A stretch of DNA of 62,442 nt, the filler included, from Chiloscyllium plagiosum (lineage: Eukaryota): NCBI RefSeq assembly GCF_004010195.1. It is 3 parts of one record of this genome, joined end to end, with 100 filler letters (N's around TTAATTAATTAA, not from the genome) between each part and the next. Parts side by side here need not be neighbours in the genome. Positions count along the whole stretch, not along the records: positions 1 to 22,409 come from NC_057713.1; positions 22,510 to 41,351 come from NC_057713.1; 1 more part is not named here. The stretch is one strand, 5' to 3'. This document shows positions 12,606-24,985 of this stretch, one piece after another (within the stretch, counting starts at the first letter, position 1; each line of letters starts with the position of its first letter). The translations under genes were made by a program, and so were the position numbers. Under the pieces are notes generated by a model. It saw nothing but the letters and a program-made list of their open reading frames with translations. It did no database searches and had not been told where the DNA came from.

Positions 12606-12889
12606 CACAAACCAGCTGTGCAACCAACTCAGATTCTTCCGGAAGACAATCTGAATCCAGTGAATTGCGGTCAGGTGAATACCTCTCCTGATGTAAGGCA
12701 TCCATAACAAATTTGCTTGATGAACCTTACCCTGTAATTTAGACTTCAGTTTGAGGTTTTGATGAGGGAAGTGTACGAGATAGGAACTGTAAAGTTCCAC
12801 ACTCGGACAAAAGCGCAATGCCGCTGGGCAAGAGAAAAATATTTCCCTCAGTTACTTTACTTTTCCCTCCCTTCCTTCTCACATTTGAA

Positions 12890-13145
12890 CCCTCACCCCT
12901 CCTCACCCTCACCCCTCCTCACCCTCACTCCTCCTCACCCCTCATCCTCACCCCTCCTCATCCNNNNNNNNNNNNNNNNNNNNNNNNNNNNNNNNNNNNN
13001 NNNNNNNNNNNNNNNNNNNNNNNNNACCCGTCCTCATCCTCACCCCTCCTCATCCTCACCCCTCCTCATCCTCACCCCTCCTCACCCTCACCCCTCATCC
13101 TCACCTCCTCTTCACCCTCACCCTTCCTCACCCTCACCCCCTCCA
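12890..13145. repeat. (CCTCAC/CCTCAT)n low-complexity repeat with a 62-N gap (12964-13025)
   Basis: Direct inspection. Confidence 0.9.
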
Positions 13146-14479
13146 TCTGAAAGAAAACACTCCTAGACCAATTCCCAAATGATTTCCACAACTTGGAAAC
13201 ACAATGGATCAAAAAAGGCAGCTCACATCCACCTTCTCGAGGGGTAACTAGGGACGGGCAATAAGTGCTGGGCCCAGCCAGTGACCACCCATGTGCCACA
13301 AGTGAATAAAAAACAATTTAACCAACTCCACCATCAATTGGAAGCTCTGCGGCAACTTATCGAGACTTATGACCCTGTTCTGCAACAACATAAGCTCTAA
13401 CACGGTCTTTATCTTCCCTTATTGGCCACAGTTGTGTCATTTTTCCTGTGGGTTTTTTTATGCCTTAATGAAGAGTTTATTCATTGAAAAATATGAATTA
13501 TTTATTCACACACTGGTTACTGTTTAACTCCCATCGTATATCTTTCAATCCAGCTCGCCCAAACTACTTTCACCATTTCACCCCCTCACATTGTCGGAGT
13601 TTGATTTCAGAGCGAAAAAAAAACACTCTGTTTTAGTGAACGAAGACTCTACCAAGCCTTCCACAGAGAGTAGCCCTTGCTGTGTTAACAGGGTCACTTC
13701 AGCCGGGGCATCTACAGTGAAGGCACGCCAATGCCCTCAATCACCCGTGACCAACGGCTAGAGTGGGATTTGAAATTTAACGTTAATTTTTGTATTGCAG
13801 CCCCACAGCTTGGGATCATCACTGTTCGAGTGCCATAATTCCAGTCTCATCTGTCCCTCTCAGAATATGGCTTGATGGTGGTTGGGTCTGAGGTGTATGT
13901 TCCATTCACCATTTCAGAAAGCTTTCGGTCAGTGCAAACACTACCTGCTCTCTCCATTGCTCTGTCCTATTTGTCTTCATTCTCATAGAATCATACATCC
14001 AGAAAGAGGCCCTTCAGCCCATCAAATCTATTCCGGCTTTCTAATGGATACTTCCCCTGCCTTATTCATGAGGAGATGGAATTGCAAAAAGTTAGACCAT
14101 GTTTTCTCGCTTTTGTAATATCTACCTTCAGCAATTGTTTTTCAGTGGATTTTCATGTCGCTGTGATGTAATCAGCATTTCAGACATTTCTTTTTCGTTA
14201 TCTACATGGTCGCCCACTAACAGTGACCTTACATTCTCTGCTCTCTACATAAAAGATCCTGTTGTTTTAATTCACCACACTCAAGCTTCTTTCCTGAATG
14301 ATTTCAGGAAGCTCAGAATTTGAAAATTCTTGTCTTCACATCCCTCCACGGTTTCACTCCCTGAGCCTGAAACATCTTCCCGCTTCATCATCCTCCGAGA
14401 TCTCCACACTCCTCAAATTCTGGCCTTCTGACCATTCCCCAGCTCCTCTTCCTTGGTGGCTGTGCCTTCAGTATTTCTT

Positions 14480-14785
14480 GTATTTATTCACGGAATGGGG
14501 CATTGCTGGCTGGGTCCAGCATTTATTGCCCACCCCAAATTGTCCAGAGGCCAGTTAAGAGTCAACCACATTGCTGTGAGTCTGGAGTCACGTGTAGACC
14601 AAATGGCACATTAGTGAGTCAGATGGGTGGTTTATCTCCAACTTTTGACAATGGATTCATAGTCATCATTAGATCTTTAATTTCAGATTTTTATTGACAT
14701 CAAATTCTACCATCTGACATGGCAGGATTTGAACCCAGGACCCCAGAACTATAGCTGGGTGTACCACAAGGCCATCATCTCCTCC
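14480..14785 (-). mobile_element. tRNA-derived SINE 'family C'
   Basis: Reverse complement of the element at 49945-50272 (ttaagagtcaaccacattgctgtgagtctggagtcac; ggatttgaacc B box). Confidence 0.75.
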
Positions 14786-15428
14786 AAATCGTCTCCCACT
14801 GCTGTCTAGACACTGAACTTTGGAAGTCCCTCCCTAACCCTCTCCACCGTTAAGATGCTCAGTGCTCTTTAATCAAGATTTGGTCACGTTCCTCAGTATC
14901 AAGTGTCATTTCTTCTGGGAAGAGTTGTGTTTTGCTGTCAAACCTGATATGTAAATATAACCTGTCACTGTTTTCAAACCATCTCGCTGTATCCACCTTT
15001 AAGGATTCTTAAAGAAATAGTGTGTTTTAAAAATAAAATTCTGACTGGGTTTGCATTTATTGCCCCGTCCCTAGTTGCCCCTTGAGAAGGTGGGGGTGAG
15101 CTGCCTTCCTGAACCGTGGTAGACCATGTGCTGTAGGGTAGACCCACAATGCTCTTAGGGAGGGAATTGCAGGATTCTGACCCAGTGACACTGAAGGAAC
15201 GGCGATATATTTCCAAGTCAGGATGGTGAGGGGCTTGGAGGGGAACTTGCAGGGGGTGGTGTCACCATGTATCTAATGCCCTTGTCCTTCTGGATGGAAT
15301 TGCGAGTTTCATGGAAGCCCTATGGTGCAGAAAGAGACTATGTGGCCGTTGAGTCTGCACCAACATCCCAACCAGCCCCAGCTCCCCCCCCCCCCAATCT
15401 ATCCCCCAAACCCCACATTTACCATGGT

Positions 15429-15747
15429 AAAAACAAGGACTGCAGATGCTGGAAACCAGAGTCTAGATTAGAGTGGTACTGGAAAAGCACAGCAGGTCAG
15501 GCAGCATCCGAGGAGCAGGAAAATCGACGTTTCGGGCAAAAGCCCTTCATCAGGAATAGTGGCAGGGTGCCTGAAGAGTGGAGAGATAAATGAGAGGGGG
15601 TTGGGGTGGGGAGAAAGTAGCATAGAGTGGTGTTCTTCCTCCAGGCGTCGGGTGGTGACGGAGCGATGGTGAAGGAGGCCCAGGACCTCAGCAGATTGGG
15701 AGGGGGAGTTGAAATGTTGGACCACGGGGCGGTGTGGTTGATTGGTG
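15429..15747 (-). mobile_element. Penelope-like element 3' fragment (GIY-YIG C-terminus, hammerhead and terminal repeat)
   Basis: Minus translation QPHRPVVQHFNSPSQSAEVLGLLHHRSVTTRRLEEEHH resembles the PLE GIY-YIG end (PVAxHFN...RLEE); imperfect 17-bp TSD cccacatttaccatggt (15412-15428) / cccacatttatcatgat (15748-15764). Confidence 0.85.
15522..15557 (-). ncRNA. minimal type I hammerhead ribozyme motif (family A), intact core
   Basis: Minus strand attc-CTGATGA-a-gggc-tttt-gccc-GAAA-c-GTC-gatt; palindromic ACGT stem III; GUC site. Confidence 0.8.
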
Positions 15748-17058
15748 CCCACATTTATCATGATTAATCCACCTAGCTGGTACATCCTTGGACTGTGGGA
15801 GGAAACTGGAGCACCCGGAGGAAACCCACACAGATACGGGGAGAATGTGCAAACTCCACCCAGACAGTCACTCAATGGTGGGATTGAACCCAGGTCCCTG
15901 GCATTGAGAGGCAGCAGCGCTAACCACAGAGCCACCGTGCAACCCTTAGAAGGTGCTGTCTAAGTACCTTTGGTGAATTTCTGCAGTGTGTCTGTACACA
16001 CTGCAGCTACTGAGCGGTGCGGGGAGTGGACGTTTGTGGATGTGGTGTCAATCAAGCGGCTGCTTTGTCCTGGATGGTGTCAAGATCCTTGAATGTTGTT
16101 GGAGCTGCCCCCATCCAGGCAAGTGGGGAGTACTCCATCACCCTCCTGACTTGTGCCTTGTAGATAGTGGACAGGCTTTGGGGAGTCAGGAGTTGAGTTA
16201 CTTGCTACAGTATTCTTAGCCTCTGACCTGATCTTGTAGCCACTGTATTTATATGGTGTGTCCAGCTAAGTTTCAGGTCTGTGGTAATGGGGGACTTAGC
16301 AATGATGATACCATTGAATGTCAAGGCATGCTGGTTAGATTCTCTCTTGTTGGTGATGGTCAATGCTTGGCATTTCTGTGGGGTGAACATACCTTGCTAA
16401 TTGTCAGCTCAAAGTAGATATTATCCCAGTGTTGCTGCATTTGGACTTGGATATTTGAGGAGTTGTGAATGGTGCTGAACATTGTGCAATCATTTCTGAC
16501 CTTATGACGGCAGGGAGGTCACTGATGAAGCAACTAAAGATGGTTGGTCCTAGCTCACTACCCTGAGCAACTCCTGCAGAGATATCCTCGAGCTGAGATG
16601 ACTGACCTCCAACAACCACAACCATCTTCCTGTGACAACTATGACTCCAGTAAGCAGATAGTTTGCCCCCTGATACCCACTGATACCAGTTTTGCCAGGG
16701 TACCTTGATGCCACACTCGGTCGAATGCAGCCTTGGTGTCAAGGGCTGTCCCTCTCCCCTCCCCTCTGGAATTCAGCTCTTTTGTCCATGTTTGACCCAA
16801 GGCTGTAATGAGGTCAGGAGCTGAGTGGCACTGACAGAACCTGAAATGAGTATTATAGATTCTGCGTTGCAAACAAAGTTGTGCAGAGCTGTTGACAGCA
16901 CAGCGACAATGTTCAGTGACAATGTTCCCAAGGTATCTCATAACATGAGAAATTATCTACAGTGGTGGATAACAGATGGATCAGAAATGAGAAATTCCAG
17001 GTTTCAGGAAGAATTGATTGTCCTGGGGCTGTTTTCCCTACAGAGAGGTTGCTGTGCT

Positions 17059-17380
17059 GATTAGATTCGATTCCCTACAGTGTGGAAACAGGCCCTTTGG
17101 TCCAACCAAGTCCACACCAACCCTCTGAAGAGTAACCCACCCAGACCCATTCCCCTACCCTCCCCTATATCTGCCCCTTACTAATGCACCTAACACTCTG
17201 GGCAATTCAGCACGGCCAATTCACCCAACCTGCACAGCTTTGGACTGTGGGAGGAAACCAGAGCAAATCCACACAGACACGGGGAGAATGTGCAAACTCT
17301 ACACAGACAGTCTCCCGAGGCTGGAATCAAACCCGGGTCCCTGCCACTGTGAGGCAGCAGTGCCAATCACTGAGCCACCC
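17059..17380 (-). mobile_element. HE1-type V-SINE
   Basis: Reverse complement of head, V-domain and tail. Confidence 0.9.
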
Positions 17381-17819
17381 TATTGCTCTTACAGTACAAG
17401 AGCTCATTCACACTATGAAGGGGTTTGACAATCTAAGCTGAGAGGTTATGTGCTTATCTGTGGTGGAGACTAATGGGTAGAGTTTTTGGAGCTGGATAAA
17501 AGAGTAAAGATCAAGTCTTGAAAGGCATTAATCTCTGGATGCCAGGCGATGTTGGCAAATACAGAATCAGGAAGATTGAAGTGTGTAGTTTCACAGTGGA
17601 TACACTGCAAGAGACACAATCCTGGGGCACAGACAGCTATCAATCCTGAGGGGCTGTACGTGGACATAGCTGAGGTCAGTGTCTTTCCAGGGAGGTAGGC
17701 TAGAGCTGGGGGTAAGGACATTAAATCCTCTGGTCCCAGAGGGAGCAACAGTGAGACATGGAATTGAGGATGGAGAATTGTGTCAATACAAAGAATAGTG
17801 CAAACAGAGCAGGAGGAGG

Positions 17820-17933
17820 AGAAAGTGATGACTGCAGATGCTGGAGATCAGAGTCGAGAGTGTGATGCAGGTCAGGCAGCATCCGAGGAGCAGGAGAATC
17901 GACGTTTCGGGCATAAACCCTTCATCAGGGATT
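17820..17933 (-). mobile_element. PLE terminal fragment (family A) containing a hammerhead
   Basis: aaagtgatgactgcagatgctggagatcagag...gacgtttcgggcataaacccttcatcagg, same family as 15429-15560. Confidence 0.8.
17896..17933 (-). ncRNA. minimal type I hammerhead ribozyme motif (family A), intact core
   Basis: Minus strand aatcc-CTGATGA-a-gggt-ttat-gccc-GAAA-c-GTC-gattc. Confidence 0.78.
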
Positions 17934-18024
17934 CCTTCTGCATGTCCCTTTGGCTGCTTGCAATGAACGAGGTGCTGACTGTAGCCATGCAACCTAACGT
18001 GGCAAAACTCAAAACAGAGTGCCC

Positions 18025-18835
18025 AAATAAATGCCAGCAATGACCATCTCCAATCAAAGACAATCTCACCATTGTACCTTTCACATTCAATGATATTACC
18101 ATCACTGAATCCCCCACTAACAACACCCTGGTGGTTACCATTGACTAGAAACTCAATGGACTCACTGCATAAACACAGTGGCTACAGGAGTCAGTCAGAG
18201 GCTAGGAATCCTGCGGCGAGTAACTCACCTCCTGACTCCCCAAAGCCAGCCCACCATCTACAAGGCACAAGCCAGGAGTGTGATGGAATACTCCCCACTT
18301 GCCTGGATGGGGCCAGCTCTGACAACACTCAAGAAGCTTGACACCATCCAGGACACAACAGTCTACATGTGTGGCACCACAATTCACATACTATGGAGAA
18401 GATACACTGCAGGAATTCCCCAAAGATCCTCCGACAGCACCTTCCAAACCCACAGGTGAAAGTGAGGACTGCAGATGCTGGAGATTAGAGTCGAGAGTGT
18501 GGTGCAGGTCAGGCAGCATCCAAGAAGCAGGAAAATTGATGTTTAAGGCAAAAGGTGGAAGGACCACTTCCATCTGGAAGGACAAGGACAGCAGATACAT
18601 GAGAACCCCACCCCCTGCAAGCTCCTCACCATCCTGACTTGGAAATATATCGCTGTTCCTTCACTGTCACTGGATCAGAATCCTGGAATTCCCTCCCTAA
18701 GGGCATTGTGGGTCTACCTACAGCACATGGACTGCAGCGGTTCAAGAAGGCAGCTCACCCCCACCTTCTCAAGGGGCAACTAGGGACGGGCAGTAAATGC
18801 TCTAGATAGCGACACCCACATTCCACAATTGCATT
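18025..18835 (+). mobile_element. CR1-group LINE 'family B' 3' region with a nested PLE fragment (~18456-18555)
   Basis: ORF QRLGILRRVTHLLTPQSQPTIYKAQARSVMEYSPLAW..LKKLDTIQD plus tail; gaaagtgaggactgcagatgctgg insert. Confidence 0.85.
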
Positions 18836-19059
18836 AAAAATGTGTATTTAAAAAGATTGCTCCCAAATTGAGGGTGTCATGATAATTATCATAATTCTCA
18901 GGAAATGCGAGGCACTCCAGCAGACAGAACAGCAGAAGACAAATGTAGAGAAAGTGTAACTGTTATTTGTTAAATTAAATGTAATGCATTATTAATGGTT
19001 TCCAATTACCAAAAATAAACAGATCATATTATTCAGTGCTCCTTATGGTGTGCTTGATT

Positions 19060-19640
19060 TACTGGTTGGGGAATTGAGTACAAGAGTCAGGATGTTGCAG
19101 CTTTATAAGACCTTGGTTAGGCTACACTTACAGTATTGCATTTAATTCTGGTTGCCACATTACAGGAAGGGTGTGGAGGTTTTGGACAGGATGCAGAAGA
19201 GGTTTATCAGAATGCTGCCAGGATTGGAGGATTTGAGCTCTAAGGAGAGGCTGGAAAATCTCAGGCTGTTTTCTCTGGAGCGACGGAGGCTGAGGGAGAC
19301 ACGGTAGAAGTTTATAAAGTTATGAGACAGGGTTGAAGGTCAGAATTGTTTTCCGAGAGTTGAAATGCCTAAAACTAGGGGTCATGTATTTAAGGTGAGA
19401 GGGGAGAGTTCAGAGGAGATGGCAGGAGCAAGTGGTAGGAGAATGGAACACACTGCCAGGGGGTGGTGGAGGCAGATACAATGGGGGTATTCAAGGGGCT
19501 TTTACACAAGCACATGGTCATACCAAGGAACGGAGGGATATGGACCAAGGACAGGCAGAAGGGATTAGTTTAATTTGGTGTCATGTTAGGCACAATATGG
19601 TGGGCCGAATGGTCCAGTCCTGTGCTGTACTGGTCAATGT
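19060..19640 (+). mobile_element. CR1-type LINE ORF2 C-terminus and 3'UTR
   Basis: LYKTLVRLHLQYCI.FW, QKRFIRMLPGLEDLSSKERL; tail gggccgaatgg...gtgctgta. Confidence 0.88.
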
Positions 19641-20017
19641 CCTATATTTCATCGCAGGCTCCAGGACTGAGACCAAGAGAAATAGTGCGTCTGGCTTTGT
19701 ACAAACAATGATGATTCAATGTCCATCTCCCACTGAGTTCCAATGGGAACCACCTATTCCCACAGCCGTGACCTCTCACAAACTATTCAGGAGAGAGCAG
19801 CACCTAATCCCCACCCACTCACTGCATTCACAGGCAGCAGGTTGTGTTCATGTTTTGACAGAGATATACCCAGTACATCTGACAGGGGGTGGGGGGTTCT
19901 AAAAACCAGCCCCTACCTCCAACCTCATTGTTTACCTCAACCTTTACTCCGAGGCTGTGAGTGACGGAGCAACCACTATAGGACAGGAAGAGGAACAGCA
20001 CAGGGATACAGATAGAC

Positions 20018-20721
20018 TGCACTGTCGGAGGGTCAGTGCTGAGGGAGTGCCGCACTGTCAGAGGGTCAGTGCTGAGGGAGTGCTGCACTGTCAGAGGGTC
20101 AGTGCTGAGGGAGCGCCGCACTGTCAGAGGGTCAGTGCTGAGGGAGCGCCACACTGTCAGAGTGTCAGTGCTGAGGGAGCGCCACACTGTCAGAGGGTCA
20201 GTGCTGAGGGAGTGCCGCACTGTCGGAGGGTCAGTGCTGAGGGAGTGCTACACTGTCGGAGGGTTTGTGCGGAGGGAGTGGGCACTGTCGGAGGGTTAGC
20301 GCTGAGGAAACACGACACTGTCGGAGGGTCAGTGCTGAGGGAGCACTGCACTGTCAGAGGATCAGTGCTGAGGGAGCGTCGCACTGTGGGAGGGTCAGTG
20401 CTGAGGGAGTGCCATACTGTCGGAGGGTCAGTGCTGAGTGAGCGCCGCACTGTCAGAGGGTCAGTGCTGAGGGAGCGCCACACTGTCAGAGTGTTAGTGC
20501 TGAGGGAGTGTCGCACTGTCGGAGGGTCAGTGTTGAGGGAGCGCGACACTGTCAGAGTGTCAGTGCTGAGGGAGTGTCGCACTGTTGGAAGGTCAGTGCT
20601 GAGGGAGCGTGACACTGTCAGATGGTCAGTGCTGAGGGAGTGTCGCACTGTTGGAAGGTCAGTACTGAGGGAATGCCATTCTGTCAGAGGGTGGGTGGTG
20701 AGAGAGTGCCACACTGTTGGA
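20018..20721. repeat. 33-bp minisatellite, ~21 diverged copies (cactgtcRgagggtcagtgctgagggagYgccg)
   Basis: 11-aa periodicity in the overlapping ORFs; copies carry individual substitutions. Confidence 0.95.
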
Positions 20722-20724
20722 TTC

Positions 20725-20935
20725 ATCCATGTTGCTATGGGTCTGGAGTCACATGTAAGGATGACAGATGTCTTTCCCTGAAGGGCATTGGCGAATCAGA
20801 TGGCCTTTCTCTGATAATCATTGGCCTCTTAATTTGAATTCCAACATCTGTCATGGTGGGATTTGAACCTGGATCCCCTGCACATTACCAGGACCTCTGG
20901 ATGAATAGTTTGGCGATAATACCACTAGGCCATCT
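20725..20935 (-). mobile_element. SINE 'family C' fragment
   Basis: gggtctggagtcacatgtaagg...gggatttgaacc...ataataccactaggcc. Confidence 0.7.
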
Positions 20936-22409
20936 CCTCTGGCACACCTTTACAGGCCAGGATACTCAGTGAGGTGCAGAAAGGCATAGGCTCTTCCCCA
21001 TTACAGATGTGATATCGTGATAGTATGGGTCATTTGTGCCTCTGACATGTGGTACAGTGGGCCTGAACCAGGTGGGTTTTAAATGTCAACCAATATTGTT
21101 AACTGGTTACCATTGGACTAGGTTTGTGCCCTTACCAATTCCGTATTTTTAAAAGTTGAGGTTAAATATCATGATCAGCTGTGGTGGGATTTGAACCCTG
21201 GGCCCACAGAATGCTAACCCAGAGAATCTGGGTTATTAAGCAAGTGACATTGTTGCGATACCACCATCCAGCTAGCGTGACATAGGGCTTAGACCTCAGC
21301 TTATAAAACAATTGAGTTGGTCAAATAATGACCATAAGGCACGGGAGCAGAAGAAGGCCATTCAGCCCATCGAGTCTCTCTGCCATTCAATGAGCTCATG
21401 GCTGATCTGATCACCCTCAGCCTCCACTTTCCCGCCTTTTCCCCATTACCCACGATTCCCCTCACTGATTAAAAACCTGCTGTGAATATACTTAACCACG
21501 TTATCATGTACTTAACCCCACTGGGATGAGGGGGTTGAGTTAATGTGTGGAGGCTGGAGAAGTTGGTATCGTTGTCCCTTTACAACAGGTAAGGTTAAGA
21601 GGTGATTTAATTGAGCTGTTTAATATCACGAAGGATTTGGACAGAGCAAACGCTTCCAGCAGTAAACAGAGGGGCACAGATTAAATGTAATGGGTAAAAG
21701 GAGCAGAGGGGGAGAATGGTAGGAGGGAAATCTTTATTTCAAACACAGTGTATTAGCTCTGGTCAGTGACTATAAATCCTCGGGATACTTTAATGTGCTG
21801 TTAGCATTTTCTAAGGTTGTCCTATTGAGTAAATTAAAATTGCATTCGCACATTAAATCATGTTGTGAATTTTCCTTTCGACCCTTTGTGTTGATAGCCC
21901 TGAAGGAACACAGTCTGGTGTTGGGCTGATGAGGATTAAGATTTCTGAAGGAAGGTTGCTTGGGTTTCACTCCATGACACAAACCAACAGGCTCATGTCT
22001 TCACCTTCACATCATAAGACAGAGAAATGCAGCTCCCCCTGTGCTCTCAATTACTGTATACCAAAAAAAATACAAGGAGCAGGAGTTTTCAGTGATTCAG
22101 TCCCAGTGGAAGGATCTGTATTCTGTTTTCACTGACAGCAGCAGGTGGCTGTCAATAGTTACTCTCACTCAGCAACTACCCTGCAACCCCGCTGAGCGGG
22201 GGCAAATAACTTAGACACACCAATCAGAGGGGTTTTTTTTAGAATGGTTTTTGCTTAAGACAGCAGGAGCAGAGACAGAAAGAAAGCTAGAGAGAGTGAA
22301 CAGGAGAGAGAGAGAGGGGCGGGGGGGACCGAGCAAGAGAGGGAGGGATGGAGGGAGAGAAAAATGGAAAAAAAGGGGGATGGGGTGAGGGAGGGGAGGA
22401 TGGAGGGAG

Positions 22410-22509
22410 NNNNNNNNNNNNNNNNNNNNNNNNNNNNNNNNNNNNNNNNNNNNTTAATTAATTAANNNNNNNNNNNNNNNNNNNNNNNNNNNNNNNNNNN
22501 NNNNNNNNN
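22410..22509. other. artificial 100-bp scaffolding linker (44 N + TTAATTAATTAA + 44 N)
   Basis: Same construct as 41352-41451; the 12-mer has stops in all six frames. Confidence 0.95.
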
Positions 22510-22789
22510 ACCACAAACTGCATCCGACCACCAACCCCATCCCCACCCCCAACCCCATCCCCACCGCCAACCCCACCCCCAATATGAATCGCATTCCTAT
22601 CTCCACCACATCACCCTGTCTGCCAGCCTTTGTTGGCTCCAATACAACAACAACAAGTTATTTTTAGGTCACCACCTTGACATTATAAAACATCCATGGT
22701 GTTCCATAGGAGTGCCAGAAAGCAAATTTAACACAAAGCCACATGAACCAGCCCTCGTTCCTCACTCCTAGTCTGTTCAACACATGAGC

Positions 22790-23520
22790 TGGGAGCAGGC
22801 CATTCAGCCTCTCAATTCAGCCTCAGCATGATCATATGTTTGAACACCACTTTCCACTTTATCTGGTAGCTATTGACTCACTTCTCAGGCAGGAATCCTT
22901 CTATCTCATCCTCTAAAATATCCAATGTCCCAGTCTCTTTGGGGCAGAATATTTCAAAGACTCACAACCCTTTGAGTGAAAAATGGTCTCCTCCTCTCTG
23001 TCTTCAATGAAAGACCTCTTCTATTAACTCTGTGTATCCTGGATCTAGTCTCTCTCCCAAAGGGAAAGATTCACTGTTTCAAATCCTCTCAGGATCTCAC
23101 ACATTTCAATAAGAAACCTCTCATTCTTCTAAACTCCTCTGGAATCAGCTCCAACCATTCCTGATAAGATAAGCACTTTCATCTCAGGAATCAACCGGGT
23201 GAACCATCTCTGCACTGCCTCGAACACAATAATATCCTTTCTTAAATCAGGAGACTCAAACAGTACTCAGCACTCCAGATGAGGTCTGACCAGTGCCATG
23301 GACAATTGTTGCAAAATCTCCCTACTCACACATTCTCTGCAGCTTGCATTGGCCAAGTGAATCACTCGTTGGAAACCTGCAGATGAACCTTTTGTTACTC
23401 ATGCACCAGGGCATCCAGATCCCTCTGCACCTCAGAGCTATGCAATCTCTTTCCACTTAAATGACACATTGCTTCTCTATCTTTCCAGCCACAACAGACA
23501 TGTTCACATTTGCCCACATC
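22790..23520 (-). mobile_element. old CR1-type LINE ORF2 3' part
   Basis: Reverse complement of CR1 motifs (cagtactcagcactccagatgaggtctgaccagtgcc; caggccattcagcc tail). Confidence 0.75.
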
Positions 23521-23524
23521 ATAC

Positions 23525-23720
23525 TTAGCTCAGTTGGCTGGATAGCTGGTTCACAACGGAGAGTGATACTAAACTTCATGGGCTCAATTCACACGTCGGC
23601 TGAGGTGACATTGAAGGTGCCACCATCCACACCTTGCCTGTCATGTGGTGACCCTTAGATTAAACCCACCACCAGCCACTCCGCTCTCGGGACAGCACGG
23701 GACTGTGGTGATTTTATTAC
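23525..23720 (+). mobile_element. tRNA-SINE 'family D' (other copies 50545-50730 -, 55587-55760 +)
   Basis: A box tagctcagttggctgg; shared body gtggtgaccc..ttaaac.caccaccag. Confidence 0.7.
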
Positions 23721-23984
23721 ACTTCATCTATCCAGCCATTTCCAACCTTCTCATTCTCTCCAGGCCCTTTATTCCTTTTCTTTATAAATACCTGACTCTC
23801 TGCTTTTAATATTTCTGGTTAGCTTCCTCTCATATTCTAGCCTCTCCCTTCCGAGTTCTCTCCACGTTTTCTGCTGCTTTTTAGATTCTGTCCAAAATCC
23901 TTCATGTGATGCAGCGACTGACCACCTCTCCCATTCAGAGTGATGGAAGAGCAATCTGATTGAAACGCATATTGCACACAATAG

Positions 23985-24985
23985 GCCACTGTTGGAATAT
24001 TGCGTGCAATTCTGGTCTCCTTCCTATCGGAAAGATGTTGTGAAACTTGAAAGGGTTCAGAAAAGACTTACAAGGATGTTGCCAGGGTTGGAGGATCTGA
24101 GCTACAGGGAGAGGCTGAACAGGCTGGGGCTGTTTTCCCTGGAGCGTCGGAGGCTGAGGGTGGTGGAGGCTGGTACAATTGCAACATTTAAGAGGCATCT
24201 GGATGGGTACATGAATAGGAAGGGTTTGGAGGGATATGGGCTGGGTGCTGGCAGGTGGGACTAGATTGGGTTGGCATATCTGGTCAGCATGGACAGGTTG
24301 GACCGAAGGGTCTGTTCCATGCTATACATCTTTATGACTCTATCCTGGGGCATTCACCAGGCTGATCCTGGGGATGGTAGGGCTATCCCGTGAGGAGAGG
24401 GTGGTTTGACTGTATTCACGAGAGTATGGAAGGAGGAGAGGGGGATCGGATTGAAACGTGTCAAATTCTAACAGGGCTGGACAGACTAGATACAGCGAAG
24501 ATGCTCCTCCTGGGTGGGGGAGGCTACTCCCAAGGGACACAGTCTCCGGATACTGGATAGACCATTTAGGATTCAGAGGGGGGAAACATTTCTTTACTCA
24601 GAGGGGAGGGATTCTCTACCATGGGAGGCTGAGTGGGCCCAGTCAGTGAGTACAGGTCATCCTGCTGTTTCATCAACGCAAGTTTGCTATAGCACAACTG
24701 ACGAACTGGGGACACTGCTTCTAAAGCACGAATATTTAAAAAGTGTGTTGGCTGTAACGTGATTAAACGCTGCGTCTAAAGCGCGATCTCTCTATAACAT
24801 GGGGTTGCACAAGAACACAACCATCACGTTATAGAAGATCTACATATATTTTAAAGCTGCCAAAGGGTGTGGGGAGAAAATGGGAACGCAGTGTTAAGTT
24901 CCAGGGTCAGCCCTGATCATACTGAACGGTGGGACAGGATCAAAGGGCTAAATGGCTGACTCCTGCTCCTAGTTCCACTGTTTCC
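23985..24985 (+). mobile_element. two adjacent CR1/HER1 3' fragments, the second split by a MITE
   Basis: ORF EYCVQFWSPSYRKDVVKLERVQKRLTRMLPGLEDLSYRERLNRLGLFSLERRRLR; tail at ~24340; older copy ~24345-24650 and ~24847-24985. Confidence 0.88.
24653..24844. mobile_element. probable Tc1/mariner (pogo/Tigger-like) MITE
   Basis: Interrupts CR1 at a TA; starts TA|CAGGTCATCCTGCT, ends GTTATAGAAGATCTACA|TA; TIRs are degenerate. Confidence 0.5.

Larger units (their letters stand above)
15045..16850 (-). mobile_element. CR1-group LINE 'family B' RT plus 3' end, hosting a nested HE1 SINE (~15335-15945) that itself hosts a PLE
   Basis: RT motifs SAPDLITAL..ALDTKAAFDRVWHQG and SAGVAQGSELGPTIFSCFISDL; 3' tail at ~15055-15300. 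Confidence 0.85.

Noticed and set aside
12731..12786. Possible minus-strand exon (tttacag|...cagg|gtaagg); similar case at ~45089-45151
   Set aside because: Weak pyrimidine tract and unrecognisable peptides; expected by chance in 62 kb.
19957..20781. 274-aa Cys/His-periodic ORF resembling a zinc-finger or keratin-associated protein
   Set aside because: Translation of the 33-bp minisatellite; the frame shifts mid-array and several frames are open.
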